Shown here: positions 1 through 10,324 of the stretch, one piece after another | How positions within the stretch are numbered: position 1 is the stretch's first letter | How the letters are laid out: each line of letters starts with the position of its first letter | Assembly (NCBI GenBank): GCA_964561995.1 | Contig: CAZLQZ010000003.1 | Span: forward strand, 5,056 to 69,055 | Length of the DNA: 64,000 bases | Source of the DNA: an uncultured Methanosarcinales archaeon | GTDB taxonomy: Archaea > Nanobdellota > Nanobdellia > Woesearchaeales > JABIAG01 | Direction of reading: 5' to 3' | Made by a program: the position numbers and the translations under genes | The notes under the pieces: model-generated | What the model was told of the DNA's origin: nothing | Databases searched by the model: none | What the model saw: the letters and a program-made list of their open reading frames with translations, nothing else

Positions 1-174
1 AAGTTTTTCTGCAGTAGCAGCCCCCACACCAGGAATGTCAAAAATAGTTAATTTAACTTTTTCTTCTTCTGGTTTTTCTACTACTTCTACCTCGTCAATA
101 ATTTCTTCTTGCTCTTCATTTATTTCAGGAATTTCACTTGAACTTTGTTCTTTGATTTTTTTTTCTTTAGTCAT
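1..174 (-). CDS. radA: RadA recombinase, N-terminal fragment (runs off the window)
   Basis: Not in the ORF track. Hand translation: MTKEKKIKEQSSSEIPEINEEQEEIIDEVEVVEKPEEEKVKLTIFDIPGVGAATAEKL. The DIPGVGAATAEKL helix-hairpin-helix is typical of the RadA N-domain, and a GGTGA SD lies upstream. The ATPase domain is not visible. Confidence 0.75.
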   Translation of the reverse strand, partial: MTKEKKIKEQSSSEIPEINEEQEEIIDEVEVVEKPEEEKVKLTIFDIPGVGAATAEKL

Positions 175-222
175 TATTATCACCTTCTATTTTATTTCTT
201 TATATGTTTTTATAAACAAAAA

Positions 223-257
223 ATGAAAATTTTCCGAATTTTCTGGAAAATTTTCAT
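223..257. terminator. Perfect 13-bp stem-loop between the 268-537 gene and radA
   Basis: ATGAAAATTTTCC-N9-GGAAAATTTTCAT, just downstream of the minus-strand stop at 268; terminator or operator. Confidence 0.5.
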
Positions 258-267
258 ATGGAAAAAA

Positions 268-537
268 TTACTCATCCTTCAAGACAAGATATTCAAAAGC
301 TTTGTTTGCAACTAAAGCTACTTTTGGTAAATCATTAATTCTTAAAGAAGAAGTTGATTTCCAATTATCATCTTTATCTTGGTATCTTCGCTCAATACTT
401 ATAGTTCGGAATTCAGTTTCCTCACCCTCAGAATTTTTTCCTTGGTTTTTCCAGATTACAGCACTTACAACGCCAGTGCTAAACTTTTTTTCTATTTCGT
501 TTACTCTACTTGTTTCTAATTTTGGTTTTTTATTCAT
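268..537 (-). CDS. Small conserved protein, possibly PC4/Whirly-like ssDNA-binding
   Basis: Pattern KKF..G.VSA.IW.N...F.TISIERRY.DKD..WKST.SLR.NDLPK; GGAG SD before the ATG at 537. The fold is a guess. Confidence 0.6.
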   Translation of the reverse strand: MNKKPKLETSRVNEIEKKFSTGVVSAVIWKNQGKNSEGEETEFRTISIERRYQDKDDNWKSTSSLRINDLPKVALVANKAFEYLVLKDE

Positions 538-783
538 TTTATTTGCTCCTTGCTTTCGCATTTTATTTCAACTATTGTTTCCAACAGCGGAGTCGATTTG
601 TAAATCGATAATGATTGTAAAGGTTATTTCATTTATATACTCTTTCCGGGAAGATGTCCAGTGACCAGTGGGTTTTTATGTCGATAAAAGAAAAAGGGGG
701 TGTCCAGTGGGTCCATCTAAATAAAAACAATAAACTAAAAAAAGTAAAACAATTTAAAGCACTAATTCTTACCTTTAAGTATA

Positions 784-1368
784 ATGCTTGAAAATCTAAT
801 GTTAAAAAGAGATTGGTTTCCACTAACAAGAATGGAAGGTGAAAAAAAATACCCTGAACAATCTAATAACATAATCCCTTTTTTACATCCGCACATAGTC
901 AAAAAGGGCATAGAACTCGATTTGTTTAATGAGAAACTCATTCAAGAAATAGAGGAAATTGCAAGTTTAGATAAAGGATATCAGATAAAAATAGGAAATA
1001 AAGAAATTGAAAATGATCACATATTCTTTCCAGATTATATACCAGGATTATGCATCCACCCACATAAAATAACACCTAGTGGATACGATAGCGGAATTTA
1101 TATCGAGGGAAATGTTGCTAAGGAGAATGGTTGTAATGGATTATTATGTAGCCAAAAAGGATTATACCGATTACCTTTTGGAATTCAGTTAAATTATGAA
1201 ATATTAAAAGAGTATCAAATGAATCAAGAACAAAAAAAGGAACAATGCACACTAAGAGTTCAAAGAGGATGGCATGATCATAATGTTTATGAGCCGGTGA
1301 TAATTAAAAGTGTTGTAATTAGTTTAAATAATGCTATTGTTAGACAAATTCATTCAAAACAAAAATAA
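784..1368 (+). CDS. Hypothetical protein
   Basis: 194-aa ORF with normal composition; the start may be the ATG at 832. Confidence 0.6.
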   Translation: MLENLMLKRDWFPLTRMEGEKKYPEQSNNIIPFLHPHIVKKGIELDLFNEKLIQEIEEIASLDKGYQIKIGNKEIENDHIFFPDYIPGLCIHPHKITPSGYDSGIYIEGNVAKENGCNGLLCSQKGLYRLPFGIQLNYEILKEYQMNQEQKKEQCTLRVQRGWHDHNVYEPVIIKSVVISLNNAIVRQIHSKQK

Positions 1369-1382
1369 ACAAATTTCCAAAC

Positions 1383-2423
1383 CTAAAAGAATTTCTTAAC
1401 GACTTTCAATATACCTTGTTTCCAGGGAACTCTATGACTTACACCTTCTTTATTTTCATATTCTTTGTAATGTTTTTCATACCATTGATAACTCCTAATT
1501 AATGCCTCGGCAGTAGAATATTTTGGTTTCCATCCTAATTGCTTTTCTGCTTTTTCTATTGAAACAAAAGAATCGCGATGAGCAGTTTCGTAAACCCATT
1601 TGTACAATGGACTAAGTTTTAAAAATTCTAAAAATCTCAAAATCAAAATTGTCGGTCTTGCGGGTGTTCCGATTACTCTTTTACCTGTTTTTGCATATTT
1701 TATAACTGCTCCAAAATCTTTTTTCATTGTTGTAAATTCTTTCGAACCAATATTAAAAACATCATTAACTTTATTTTTTTCTCCAGTCATACAAATATGA
1801 ATTGCATCACACAAATCTTCTACATCTAAAAGTTGATAACGATTATTTCCCCACCCAATAATAGGTAAATTGCAACCTGATTTTATCCAATCAAAATAAA
1901 TTGCAAAAACACCCAACCTTTCTTTACCTACAAAAGATTTTGGTCTTAATACTGGAATAATAATCCCTTTTCTTCTATACTTATTGCACACTTTTTCAGC
2001 CAAAACTTTAGCTTCACCATATGGACCAACACCATACATTTTATCAGTTTCAAATAGCGGATGATGTTTAGGAATTCCATAAACTGCAGTTGTTGAAATA
2101 TGAATAATACGTTTTACATTCTTTTCAATAGCACACCTAATTACCTTTTCTGTACCTTTATAATCCGTAGACATAATTACTTCTTTAGGATATAACGGTA
2201 AAGCAGCAGCACAATTAACAACATAATCAACATCTCTCATTACAAAATCTAAATCGTCTAAACTTCTTATGTCTCCTTGATAACGCTCAATTTTATCATT
2301 ACAATCTTTATAATCAAATTTTTCAAGGTCAATAATTCTAACATCATACCCTTTACTTAACAGAAATCTAGTTAAATTTATACCTAAAAAACCCGCCCCA
2401 CCAGTGATTAATACTCTTTGCAT
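1383..2423 (-). CDS. NAD-dependent epimerase/dehydratase (extended SDR)
   Basis: VLITGGAGFLG Rossmann motif, STTAVYG, catalytic YGEAK (YxxxK); start reset to MQRVL. Confidence 0.92.
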   Translation of the reverse strand: MQRVLITGGAGFLGINLTRFLLSKGYDVRIIDLEKFDYKDCNDKIERYQGDIRSLDDLDFVMRDVDYVVNCAAALPLYPKEVIMSTDYKGTEKVIRCAIEKNVKRIIHISTTAVYGIPKHHPLFETDKMYGVGPYGEAKVLAEKVCNKYRRKGIIIPVLRPKSFVGKERLGVFAIYFDWIKSGCNLPIIGWGNNRYQLLDVEDLCDAIHICMTGEKNKVNDVFNIGSKEFTTMKKDFGAVIKYAKTGKRVIGTPARPTILILRFLEFLKLSPLYKWVYETAHRDSFVSIEKAEKQLGWKPKYSTAEALIRSYQWYEKHYKEYENKEGVSHRVPWKQGILKVVKKFF

Positions 2424-2522
2424 TAGACAAGTAAGTCGGTAGGTATTTATATAGATATATAATTTTAAACACTTAATTCTAATAAGTGGAATCAAATAAA
2501 AATCAAAATATAATAACCAAGA

Positions 2523-2975
2523 TTATGGCATTTTGATAACTAGAATTATATTAATTATAATAAAGATTAAAAATATTAAAAATTCTAAAAATGTTCCAGT
2601 TCTTAAAAAACCCCTTATTCTTATCTTTGAAATGGGATGAAAAGGCATTATTCCCTGCCTTGTAATTAAATCACCAATTAAGTGAGACGTGTAACCAACC
2701 ACAAAAGCAATTACGTAAATTCTTCGAGTGTATGTTAAAAGTACAAACCCAAAAATCATTAATGGAAATACTGAATGAAAAAAACCACGATGTTCAAATA
2801 AAAAAGATAAAGGTTTGAAATATCTGCCCAATTTTGATTCGGGATGGTCTATGTCTGGCAACATTGACGAAATTAAAGCAATTCCTAAAAATAATATTTG
2901 ATTAGAAGGATTAAACAAAGGAATAGTAAACATAACTAACAAAAACGAAAAAGCTAAATGAGTTTTATACATCAT
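2523..2975 (-). CDS. YdjM-like membrane-bound metal-dependent hydrolase
   Basis: TH...LPDIDH...HRGFFHS...SHLIGD motifs plus TM helices. Confidence 0.88.
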   Translation of the reverse strand: MMYKTHLAFSFLLVMFTIPLFNPSNQILFLGIALISSMLPDIDHPESKLGRYFKPLSFLFEHRGFFHSVFPLMIFGFVLLTYTRRIYVIAFVVGYTSHLIGDLITRQGIMPFHPISKIRIRGFLRTGTFLEFLIFLIFIIINIILVIKMP

Positions 2976-3951
2976 TTTTTAATTTGGCAAGTTCTTCTTT
3001 TGGGTCGGGATTAATGTTAACTCCACTCGCCATGAATTCTAACCTTTCAAACATTTGATTTTTAACAACTCTTCCCGTAACTTTAACTAAACTACCAAGC
3101 ATATTCTTTTTAACATCTGCAAAAGATTCAGGTTCGTCCCTTATTTTCAACATATCTTCATCTTTCATTGAAGTTAAAGCTAAAGCTTGATCTCTAAAAA
3201 ATACTGCCCTTAAATTATCTGTACCATCATCTAAAAAAGCATTAAGTACATAAGAGAATTTAATATCTGCATTAGGATGAGCTTGACAAGCGTTTTCTTT
3301 AACACTTTTATTACATTGTGAGCAAACTGAAAAAAACTTTGGATCAAACATATCAACTAAAGTACCCAACAATTCAATATTTGTTTCATTTTCTTTTAAA
3401 TCCGCAATATTCTTTCTTTTAAATTCTGTTTTAATGGGTTGATTTGATACTTCCACCGTTTCTCCCTTGGGATTGATTTCTAATTCACTTCTTTCATTCA
3501 TATGAATTTCCATATTTCCATTATTTTCTCTTGAATATGCAGACTTTACTTTTACAATATCATTTTCTTTTATTTCATTAACTTTTTCAGCAACATGTCC
3601 CCACATTACTAGTCGAATAGTTCCAGTTTCGTCACCAATTAATAAATTCGCAACCTTTCCTTTTCTTTCACCCACTTGAAATTCTTTTAAATCGTATTTT
3701 CTCAAAACTTTTCCTAATACTTCAACATCTCTTAAACCTTGAAGAACATTTTTAATTTGTATTCTTCCTGAAAATTGAGCATTTAATTTAATATTTAATT
3801 CATTAGCAATAATATGTGCTGCTCCTTCCTTTGAAATTAATCCAGAAAGTTGATCCATTTTCTTTTTAATTTTAGTTTCAATCTCTTCTTTAGAAATACT
3901 AGAATTTTCAACAATTTTTTGAACTAAATCATCATAAGGAATTTTAATCAT
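2965..3951 (-). CDS. rpa: Replication protein A (OB folds with Zn finger)
   Basis: GLISKEGAAHIIA N-domain, GDETGTIRLVMW and DDGTDNLRAVFF OB motifs, CSQC...CQAH Zn site. Confidence 0.88.
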   Translation of the reverse strand: MIKIPYDDLVQKIVENSSISKEEIETKIKKKMDQLSGLISKEGAAHIIANELNIKLNAQFSGRIQIKNVLQGLRDVEVLGKVLRKYDLKEFQVGERKGKVANLLIGDETGTIRLVMWGHVAEKVNEIKENDIVKVKSAYSRENNGNMEIHMNERSELEINPKGETVEVSNQPIKTEFKRKNIADLKENETNIELLGTLVDMFDPKFFSVCSQCNKSVKENACQAHPNADIKFSYVLNAFLDDGTDNLRAVFFRDQALALTSMKDEDMLKIRDEPESFADVKKNMLGSLVKVTGRVVKNQMFERLEFMASGVNINPDPKEELAKLKNDV

Positions 3952-3992
3952 ATTACTTTTTCTCTTCTTGTTCTTTATATATTTTATTGTTA

Positions 3993-6032
3993 TTAAATTA
4001 TTGAAACTGGTGCTTCTCCATGTTCATTATAATCAAAATTATCTTTTTGAACGCCAAGATTATTAATAGAAGGGTCTACAGGAATTAATAAAAATTCAGC
4101 CTGATTACCATACCTAAAAGGGTTTTTTAGTGGAATTAGTCCTAATGGGGCAAGTGTTACCACATTATAAACCGGTTCGCCAAATCCTGAATTTAATGCA
4201 TTTGAGATAAGAACACTGGGCATTTGACCCATAGTATGATAAAAGTAATATTTGTTTTGGAAATCTTTTGTTTCAGTTCCATCTAAATTTTCTAAAACTA
4301 AAGTTGGATCCCTTAAGTTTAATTTAACAGCAGCATATTCAATAGAAGGATAAGGGGGGATTGCAACAGTTAACATTGGAGAAATAATTTCTAAAGGTTT
4401 AATAGGTAAAGTATCTTTAGAAGTTGCCTGCTTTTGTATTTCAAAAATATTACCATCATCATCATAAGCTACAATTTTAATGTTGTAGGGTTGATTATCT
4501 ATTAAATCATTTAAAACATAAACAAATTCACCATTATCATTAAAATAATAAGACATACCATTTTCAAACAGTCCTTGAGCACCAAAATTATATTCACACT
4601 TTAACGAATTTCCGGCATTTTGCATCCTACATCTATCAAAAGGTTTTTGATTACCATATCCCCAATCAATTTCATCATAAACTAAAACATCTTTGAAAGG
4701 AATAATTGTCTTTTTCAATTTATTATCAACATAAATCTCATACTTTTTCAAATCTAAAGACAAAGTATCTTTCCAAATAACCAATAATGTTCCTTGAGAA
4801 AACTCTTTTGATTCAACTCTAAAATCCTGAAGAGATAAAAAGGGTTCAACTTGGTCTTCAATATAAACTGCGAAATTATACTCCAAATTGTTTTCATAAG
4901 ATTGAATCTTTGATTGTGTTAAGTTAAACCTAAACATCCTATTTTCATAATCACATTCTTTTAAATTTAAACCATTATATAATTTTGATTTAGGTATGAA
5001 ATAAACATTTTTTGAATCTTTTTTATAAAAATCAATTTCGTCCATGGGAGTTAAGGGCAAGTTATTAGTTTTAATTGTGTCTTTTAAGTTATATTTAATA
5101 TTATTAACCCGGGGAACAGGAACATAATCATTTTGATTTTGTTCTGCAATATGAAAATTCAAACTTGTTTGATATAAATTTCCACTTTCGTTAATTACTC
5201 TATTACCAACATCAAAATCAAAAGTAATATCTTCTTTTAATGAAGAAAAAGAGACGTAACAATCTTTCTGCTTAATTCTTTCTAATGTTTGAATGTAATC
5301 AATAAATTTAATCTTTGGATTTGTAATAATTGTTTGTTTTAATTCAAAAGGTATTATTTTATTAAATTCCTCGGTTTTGATTTTAACACAATCATTCAAA
5401 TTTTGTGTTGTTTTAGTATTTTCTTTATTATTACAATCTTCTAAATTTAGAATAAATTGTTCAATTGCTTGATAAGCGGATAAATTATAATCAAAATATT
5501 TAGTAAAAGCTGGTTTAAAAGAATAAATCCTTTTATCTGGTTCTTTTTTAGAAATGTTTATTTCCCTATCTAAAACAGATAATCCAGTTATGCTAAATTT
5601 AGTATTGTTATTTGCAAAAAATTTGAAATAGTTTTTATTTAGTTTATTGGTTACAATTAAGTCCTGAAATGATTTATTAAAAGGAACTAAAATTTGTTTT
5701 TCAACATTAGGAATGCATTTTGCATATTCTTCATTTGAATTTTTATAACTCCACAAATTAGCATTTTGGTAACTGCCACACTTGTTTTTATCGGCAAAAC
5801 CACCATTTGATGCCAACTCATATATTGCATCAATACCTGCAAGATTAGCAACAGTGTCATATTGAAAAAGTTCTATTTGAGCTTCTTGGTATTTAAAAAT
5901 TATTTGAGACTGTATTGTTCCTAAGGGGTCTGCATTGAATTTTTCACTAAAATTAACAAATGCAATTAAAAGAGAAATAAGAGTAATAAAAACTAACATT
6001 ATGCTAAAGATATATGCTTTTTTATTCATCAT
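3993..6032 (-). CDS. Large pilin-like protein (class III signal peptide) with FN3-like domain
   Basis: NKKA|YIFSIMLVF hydrophobic N-terminus; W..DLKKYEIY...Y.IKIVAYD FN3-like pattern. Confidence 0.7.
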   Translation of the reverse strand: MMNKKAYIFSIMLVFITLISLLIAFVNFSEKFNADPLGTIQSQIIFKYQEAQIELFQYDTVANLAGIDAIYELASNGGFADKNKCGSYQNANLWSYKNSNEEYAKCIPNVEKQILVPFNKSFQDLIVTNKLNKNYFKFFANNNTKFSITGLSVLDREINISKKEPDKRIYSFKPAFTKYFDYNLSAYQAIEQFILNLEDCNNKENTKTTQNLNDCVKIKTEEFNKIIPFELKQTIITNPKIKFIDYIQTLERIKQKDCYVSFSSLKEDITFDFDVGNRVINESGNLYQTSLNFHIAEQNQNDYVPVPRVNNIKYNLKDTIKTNNLPLTPMDEIDFYKKDSKNVYFIPKSKLYNGLNLKECDYENRMFRFNLTQSKIQSYENNLEYNFAVYIEDQVEPFLSLQDFRVESKEFSQGTLLVIWKDTLSLDLKKYEIYVDNKLKKTIIPFKDVLVYDEIDWGYGNQKPFDRCRMQNAGNSLKCEYNFGAQGLFENGMSYYFNDNGEFVYVLNDLIDNQPYNIKIVAYDDDGNIFEIQKQATSKDTLPIKPLEIISPMLTVAIPPYPSIEYAAVKLNLRDPTLVLENLDGTETKDFQNKYYFYHTMGQMPSVLISNALNSGFGEPVYNVVTLAPLGLIPLKNPFRYGNQAEFLLIPVDPSINNLGVQKDNFDYNEHGEAPVSII

Positions 6033-6628
6033 TTTTTAAACATCCGATACGCAAATAATACAGTACCATTATCTGTTGGAATTAAAATCTCTACTGACGG
6101 TGAAGTGATCCAAGTATTAATTGTACCTAAATGCATTAATTCACTATTTTGATACATAAACATACCATTTTGATCTTCTAAATAATAAGACATCCTTTTA
6201 TCAGCATCATTAAAAAAAACTTCCATGCATTCATGCCAAACTTTGTAAGATTTTGCAGCCAGTTCATCATTAAAACTATTTTTTAATTTTTTTTCATCAT
6301 CCAATACAGAATAAAGATTTTCAGCTTTTTCCTTGAGCCCTTTTTTAATGAAATAATTTACCAAATCAACAGGAGTCAAATTATCTAAATCATTTGCTTT
6401 TGCAAAACTACAATAATCTAATCGCGTGTTTAAATAAGCCACACCGTAACTTAAATCTGGAATGTTTTGATTTAATTCTCCTTCTATCTTTTGTTCAGAA
6501 GCGCTAAAATTATTAGTGCATGCCCTTAAATTAAACAAAACAATAAATACAATAATTACTAAAGCCCAAACTACCCAACTCCATACATCTACTATTGTTT
6601 CTGAAGGCCCCATAGCTCGTTTATTCAT
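6029..6628 (-). CDS. Pilin-like protein (class III signal peptide)
   Basis: NKRA|MGPSE followed by a hydrophobic helix; ATGA overlap with neighbours. Confidence 0.7.
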   Translation of the reverse strand: MNKRAMGPSETIVDVWSWVVWALVIIVFIVLFNLRACTNNFSASEQKIEGELNQNIPDLSYGVAYLNTRLDYCSFAKANDLDNLTPVDLVNYFIKKGLKEKAENLYSVLDDEKKLKNSFNDELAAKSYKVWHECMEVFFNDADKRMSYYLEDQNGMFMYQNSELMHLGTINTWITSPSVEILIPTDNGTVLFAYRMFKK

Positions 6629-7131
6629 TTTTGTACCAACACATCAATTATTATTTTTCCTTTCCAAAAATTAAAACCATCTCTAATTAATACAGGTCTT
6701 TCTACTTGCAAAGTTGCTAATCTTTCAGGATAATCTCTTAAAACATCAATTTCTGCATAATTTTTTTGCGTATCTTCATCATCTGAAACATAATACCTTT
6801 TTACAATTGAATTAGATGAATTAAACAAGTCTATTTTAAATGCGATATTATTTTTTTGAGTATATAACTTATTTGAAAAATCTACTGTTTGAAATTTATT
6901 TAAATCTACCACCCCGAATTCAACTCTTTTAGTAATTTGATCTTGATACATAATTAAATTTGAATTATAAATTTCTTCAGTAATTGATTGCATTTGAAGA
7001 TTTTCTACTTTGATGTCTTGTAAAACAAAAGTATAAGTAATAACTGAAACAACAATTACAGTAATTGCTAAGAAAATCATTTTCATAATGTACATTATAA
7101 AATCATAACTTAATGGACTTTCATTGGCCAT
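6625..7131 (-). CDS. Membrane-anchored pilin-cluster protein
   Basis: Single N-terminal TM helix; translationally coupled; no clear K-G/A cleavage site. Confidence 0.65.
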   Translation of the reverse strand: MANESPLSYDFIMYIMKMIFLAITVIVVSVITYTFVLQDIKVENLQMQSITEEIYNSNLIMYQDQITKRVEFGVVDLNKFQTVDFSNKLYTQKNNIAFKIDLFNSSNSIVKRYYVSDDEDTQKNYAEIDVLRDYPERLATLQVERPVLIRDGFNFWKGKIIIDVLVQK

Positions 7132-8347
7132 TTCTTAACACCTCAGCAATTAAAGCTAGTTTATCGTCATTATGTAATACATTTTTATTTACATTACCAA
7201 TTTCAAAAATAATGTGTTTATCGTGAGTAGGAATTATTGCAACACCATCGATTGCAACATTTAATTGATCTTTGTAAAATTCAACACTCTGAGAACTAGC
7301 CCCACAAGTTAAAGATAAAACATCAATTACAATTTGTAAGTTATTATTATTTGAACCTTTAATTTTATCTAAAACTTCACAAGTATTGACATCATTAGGA
7401 GATGTCATAAATTGTTTACAAATAGCATTAATATCAGAATTATCAATTTCATCTTTCCAAATGTCTTGCACTTCACATAATAACTTAATTTGATTATATT
7501 CAAAACTAGATTCATCTATAGTTGGATCTAAAAATTGATTGATAATATTACAGGCAACATTATAATTTTCTTCATAATTTTCTTTGGGAACGTAAGCAAT
7601 AATAAATGAATGTCGAGGTTCATAATCTCCAAATGAAAGTAAAATGTGTTTATCTTTCAAATTTTCAGGACTAATATAATTATCAGTTAAAGAGGGGTCA
7701 ATTAATTTAGATAATTTTAAAGATTTATCAATTCCCAACCCCTTGTAAACTCGTTTATTATCAGTATAAAATTCTTCTTCAAAACCATTTAATTTTGTTA
7801 TTACTTCTCCAGTAATTTCATTACCTTGCTTATCATAGTATTTATTTGCATCTCCAGATTTTAATGGCCTAATTGGAAGATTATAGGATGTTTTTGTACA
7901 TTCTAATTTTCTAAGTTCTTTATTGATTGATTGTTTTAACTCAAAATTATCCGTTTTTTGAATAGTTATTGAATTTTTTCCCACAGTTACAACATTAGAA
8001 GTTATATCAAATACTTGATCTATAATCAAAAGTTTAAGTCCAACATTTGAAATTGGAACTTCATCAGCAGTTTCTGCATATGAAATCCCGTCCTTGGTAA
8101 TATGAGAATAATAATCGTCCCATTTAAGCATTTGATTATCTTCCTCAGTTAAATAAGAATAATAAAAATTACCAGGAATTGCAGCAATGGTTGACATTAC
8201 AAATCCTAAGTTTTCTGACACCATTATTCTTCTTAAAGAATCTATGTCAATAGAATTAGCTCTGCCAATTAATGCAACAAAAATAATTCCTAATAATACG
8301 ACCTGAATGATAATAAGATACGTATCACTAATACCTCTTTTATTCAT
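7121..8347 (-). CDS. Pilin-like protein (class III signal peptide)
   Basis: NKRG|ISDTYLIII; TATA box ~25-30 nt upstream. Confidence 0.7.
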   Translation of the reverse strand: MNKRGISDTYLIIIQVVLLGIIFVALIGRANSIDIDSLRRIMVSENLGFVMSTIAAIPGNFYYSYLTEEDNQMLKWDDYYSHITKDGISYAETADEVPISNVGLKLLIIDQVFDITSNVVTVGKNSITIQKTDNFELKQSINKELRKLECTKTSYNLPIRPLKSGDANKYYDKQGNEITGEVITKLNGFEEEFYTDNKRVYKGLGIDKSLKLSKLIDPSLTDNYISPENLKDKHILLSFGDYEPRHSFIIAYVPKENYEENYNVACNIINQFLDPTIDESSFEYNQIKLLCEVQDIWKDEIDNSDINAICKQFMTSPNDVNTCEVLDKIKGSNNNNLQIVIDVLSLTCGASSQSVEFYKDQLNVAIDGVAIIPTHDKHIIFEIGNVNKNVLHNDDKLALIAEVLRNGQ

Positions 8348-8463
8348 ATTAAGAATTCTAATGTTTTTAGTATATAAATTTTGGGGAAAAGATTATGCTC
8401 ATAACGAAGTGAGGTTGTATAAATGTTTTATTTTTAAACTTAAAATTCACTTATAATCTTCAC

Positions 8464-9699
8464 TTAAGATTCAACAGTAATTTTGTACCCTTGTGCAGTA
8501 CAGTTTTTAATAAAATCTTCAGTCCCCTTAATATCGTCCCTACTAACTAAAGGATTAGGATAAGTTTCAATTAAATATTTAGCAAAACTATTAATAAAAG
8601 AATTTTCATCCCCCGGTAAATCTAACTCGGTTACTTCCTTAAAATCTGAATATTGAGGATTTTTCACTAAAGAATAAAGCCATTTGTATTCTCTAATATC
8701 AAAAGAAACAGGAGTTCCATCATCATAATAAACAAAATCACGTTTGAATTTTCCAATTATACATTTACAAGCATCACATGGTCCACCACAATCAATATTT
8801 ATTTCACCTTGTGAAATACTCCAAGATTCATCTTCACAATGTGGTACACAAATTCTGTCGCTTCTTCTGCACCCCTCGCCGTCTTGACAGTCATCATCAC
8901 CAATACAACCACACAATTTAGAAGAAGGATTACAGTAATTTGTTATACAATCATAATCACGTTGGCATTTTCTACCTATTGAACAAAATATGGGACATGA
9001 ACCTCCACAATCAATATCGGATTCAGAAGAATCTAAAATGTCATTAGAACACTTAGTAAGAAGGGCAGTCATAGAATTTATTTCAGTTCTTGTTAAACCC
9101 TTAACATCATTATTATTTTCTTTTATTGGAGTTGTTCTTATTACAATGTTTCCGTTTAAGTCAATTTTTTCTATAAGAATGTTAATTAAATCAAAATCAG
9201 TTAACGTTGTATAACTTCCAGAATATCCATAAGGTAAGGAATTTTTAAGTCTTGTTGAACCACTATAACCTTTTCCGTTAAAAATTGTTGGAGAAATGAA
9301 ATAAATATTATTTTCAAGAATTGAAGAACAAGCTAAAATTTTACTTTTTTCTTCAACTAAACAAATACAACCACCAGTTTTACAACCTAAATCTTCATAT
9401 TTTAATTCAATTGGGGAACCGGGTTCAAAAAGATTAGAACTTTTATCGGCATTTATATCAATTGCAATAAGACCATAACCATTTTTAATGTAAAAAGGCA
9501 TTTCTTTAGCAATATACTTTTCTTCAGATTCTAAAAAATATTCTACAGTAGACGTAAATCTTTCATAATTTAACTGTGAAGCCGGATGTATCCCATCTGA
9601 TAAAAAAATACCATAAAGTTTAGCACCAATCATAATAATAATTAATAATGCAATACCTGCAAGAACTAAATGCAAAACTTCACCCATAAATCCTTTCAT
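8464..9699 (-). CDS. Pilin-like protein with Cys-rich E.D.DCGG repeats
   Basis: MKG|FMGEVLHL; ESDIDCGG and EINIDCGG modules. Confidence 0.7.
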   Translation of the reverse strand: MKGFMGEVLHLVLAGIALLIIIMIGAKLYGIFLSDGIHPASQLNYERFTSTVEYFLESEEKYIAKEMPFYIKNGYGLIAIDINADKSSNLFEPGSPIELKYEDLGCKTGGCICLVEEKSKILACSSILENNIYFISPTIFNGKGYSGSTRLKNSLPYGYSGSYTTLTDFDLINILIEKIDLNGNIVIRTTPIKENNNDVKGLTRTEINSMTALLTKCSNDILDSSESDIDCGGSCPIFCSIGRKCQRDYDCITNYCNPSSKLCGCIGDDDCQDGEGCRRSDRICVPHCEDESWSISQGEINIDCGGPCDACKCIIGKFKRDFVYYDDGTPVSFDIREYKWLYSLVKNPQYSDFKEVTELDLPGDENSFINSFAKYLIETYPNPLVSRDDIKGTEDFIKNCTAQGYKITVES

Positions 9700-9763
9700 A
9701 GTTATCAGAATAGAATTTAAGGTTTAAATACTTTTTTATTACAAATGAGTTATTTGGCTTTAA

Positions 9764-10264
9764 TTATTTTGCAAGAACACAACAACATCCATCTTTTGCC
9801 AAACAATCCTCTGCATGACCCACACATTTTGTAATTGAATCAAAAACATCTTGTTTGAAATCAGTTTTACACTTACTTTCGATATAACATCCTTTTTGTC
9901 TTGCACCAGTTTTAGAATCAACAATGTCAGAACACTTCTCAACAATACAACATTGAGAGTAGGTATCTATTTCATCATTAGAATAATCTGCTTGACTTAA
10001 TTTAAGTGCGACCTTTATTTGACTAGAAGGACAACCACCTTTTACCGTTCCCAATTGTTCGGAAGATTCAGTTGGACATCCTGTGTTTGAGCACATTCCA
10101 TAATTACTACCCACTGCATTTTCACAAGCAGAATAAGCCAAAACATTACTTGTACCAGACCTTATTTTAGTAATCCAAGGCAAACCAACAAAAGCTAAAA
10201 GTAAAAGTAAAACAACAGTAACTACCATAGTTGCCAATGCCAATTGTACTGCTTTTTTATTCAT
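9764..10264 (-). CDS. Cys-rich pilin-like protein
   Basis: NKKA|VQLALATMVV; many Cys, ends GCCCVLAK. Confidence 0.72.
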   Translation of the reverse strand: MNKKAVQLALATMVVTVVLLLLLAFVGLPWITKIRSGTSNVLAYSACENAVGSNYGMCSNTGCPTESSEQLGTVKGGCPSSQIKVALKLSQADYSNDEIDTYSQCCIVEKCSDIVDSKTGARQKGCYIESKCKTDFKQDVFDSITKCVGHAEDCLAKDGCCCVLAK

Positions 10265-10324
10265 TTTTATTTTTTAGTTTTATTTGTTTTTAATTGTTTT
10301 GATTTTAATTAACTATTATATAAT

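Noticed and set aside
302..829. ORFs 302-664 (+) and 629-829 (-)
   Set aside because: Antisense to or overlapping better-supported genes, with no protein-like motifs.
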